From the NCBI GenBank assembly GCA_023150845.1, contig JAKLKD010000003.1, positions 6,847 to 70,846 on the forward strand: a stretch of DNA of 64,000 nt. The letters are read 5' to 3'. The position numbers were made by a program, and so were the translations under genes. The notes below the pieces were generated by a model that did not search any database, was not told the origin of the DNA, and saw only the letters and a program-made list of their open reading frames with translations. The stretch comes from Myxococcota bacterium (GTDB lineage: Bacteria > Myxococcota_A > UBA796 > CAJQPC01). Positions 63,281 to 64,000 of this stretch are shown here, piece after piece. The stretch's first letter is position 1, and each line of letters begins with the position of its first letter.

Positions 63281-64000
63281 TGTTGGCCCGCCGCATCGGC
63301 CTCACGCTCCTCACGTTTGTCCTCGGGATCGCGCTCACCGCCGGTCCCGCGGGCGCCGTGGTGGTGGATCGGGTCGCGGCGGTGGTCAACAAAGAGGTGA
63401 TCACGCTCTCGGACGTCTATGAGCTCGGCGCGGACTTCATCACCGAGCGGGTGGACGCCGAGGGCGAGAGCGCGCGCCGGGAGGCCGAGCTTGAGGTGCT
63501 CGACTCCCTCATCCAGACCGAGCTCGTCTCTCAAGAGATGACCCGCCTCGGCCTCGACGTGACCCAAGACGACCTTGAGGCCACGATCGACGACATCGCC
63601 CGGCAGAACGGCCTCACCCGGGACCAGCTCCGCCGTGAGGTGGAGCGCTCGGGCCTCGCCTGGTCCGTGTACCGGGAGCAGCTCATGGAGCAGCTCCGGT
63701 CCATGCGGTTTGGGCAGTCCATCCTCGCCCCGCGGGTCTCCGTGAGTGAGCAGGATCTGCGTGACCTCTACGACCAAGAGGTCCGCGCGGGCTTCGTCGG
63801 CGCTGAGTCACGCACCCTGGAGGGCATCTTGGTGCCTTGGGGTGCGGACGCCACGCCCGAGGCGCGCGCCGCCCTCGCCCTCAAGCTCACTGAGGACAAG
63901 GCCCGGTACGACGCGGGCACGGTCACCTGGGCGGAGCTCCTCGCCGAGCACCCCGAGAGCCTGCTCGCGGGCGGTCGCGGCCAGCTCGGCGCGTTTAAGA
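63280..64000 (+). CDS. SurA-like periplasmic chaperone (3' end cut off by the window edge)
   Basis: Not in the ORF track because no stop lies inside the window. The ATG at 63280 overlaps the previous TGA. Signal peptide, then VDRVAAVVNKEVITLSDV (SurA N-terminal domain pattern). Confidence 0.7.
   Translation, partial: MLARRIGLTLLTFVLGIALTAGPAGAVVVDRVAAVVNKEVITLSDVYELGADFITERVDAEGESARREAELEVLDSLIQTELVSQEMTRLGLDVTQDDLEATIDDIARQNGLTRDQLRREVERSGLAWSVYREQLMEQLRSMRFGQSILAPRVSVSEQDLRDLYDQEVRAGFVGAESRTLEGILVPWGADATPEARAALALKLTEDKARYDAGTVTWAELLAEHPESLLAGGRGQLGAFK

Overview
High-GC chromosomal segment with strong GC3 codon bias. It looks myxobacterial: two proteins end in MYXO-CTERM-type sorting tails, MopE-like Asp/Cys 'putative metal-binding' motifs are frequent, many proteins carry lipoboxes, and there is a sigma54 enhancer-binding protein plus a consensus sigma54 promoter. 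I call about 66 protein-coding genes. I saw no rRNA, tRNA, CRISPR array, transposase or integrase. Recognisable genes are groES-groEL, dnaK-dnaJ, aroE, ribF, lnt, a MoxR/DUF58/VWA/BatD-type operon, a CDF transporter, an ABC1/UbiB-type kinase, an ECF sigma factor, an NtrC-type two-component pair and an AbiEi/AbiEii toxin-antitoxin pair. The standout locus is 0.9-7.6 kb. It holds twelve tandem, tightly spaced paralogous mini-genes on the minus strand. Each encodes an N-terminal Cys4/Cys6 zinc ribbon, then a short hydrophobic lipobox-like segment, then one acidic DxDGDG + DCDD..PGA..DSNCDG motif that runs to the stop codon. On one side the array overlaps convergently with a radical SAM/SPASM gene. 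On the other side it is divergent from a ThrRS paralog that lacks the whole N-terminal TGS/editing region. I could not match this combination to any described system from memory, so it is my best candidate for something new. Secondary items: a perfect sigma54 promoter plus an intrinsic terminator that bracket about 130 nt of non-coding DNA between groES and dnaK; a near-consensus Fur box in front of a thioredoxin-octaheme cytochrome fusion; an ECF-sigma/anti-sigma/caspase/VWA-lipoprotein/M50 operon; a DUF1501-centred six-gene lipoprotein operon; and AT-rich regulatory islands with repeated motifs. All homology statements come from reading the translated ORFs and recalling family motifs. No database search was run.
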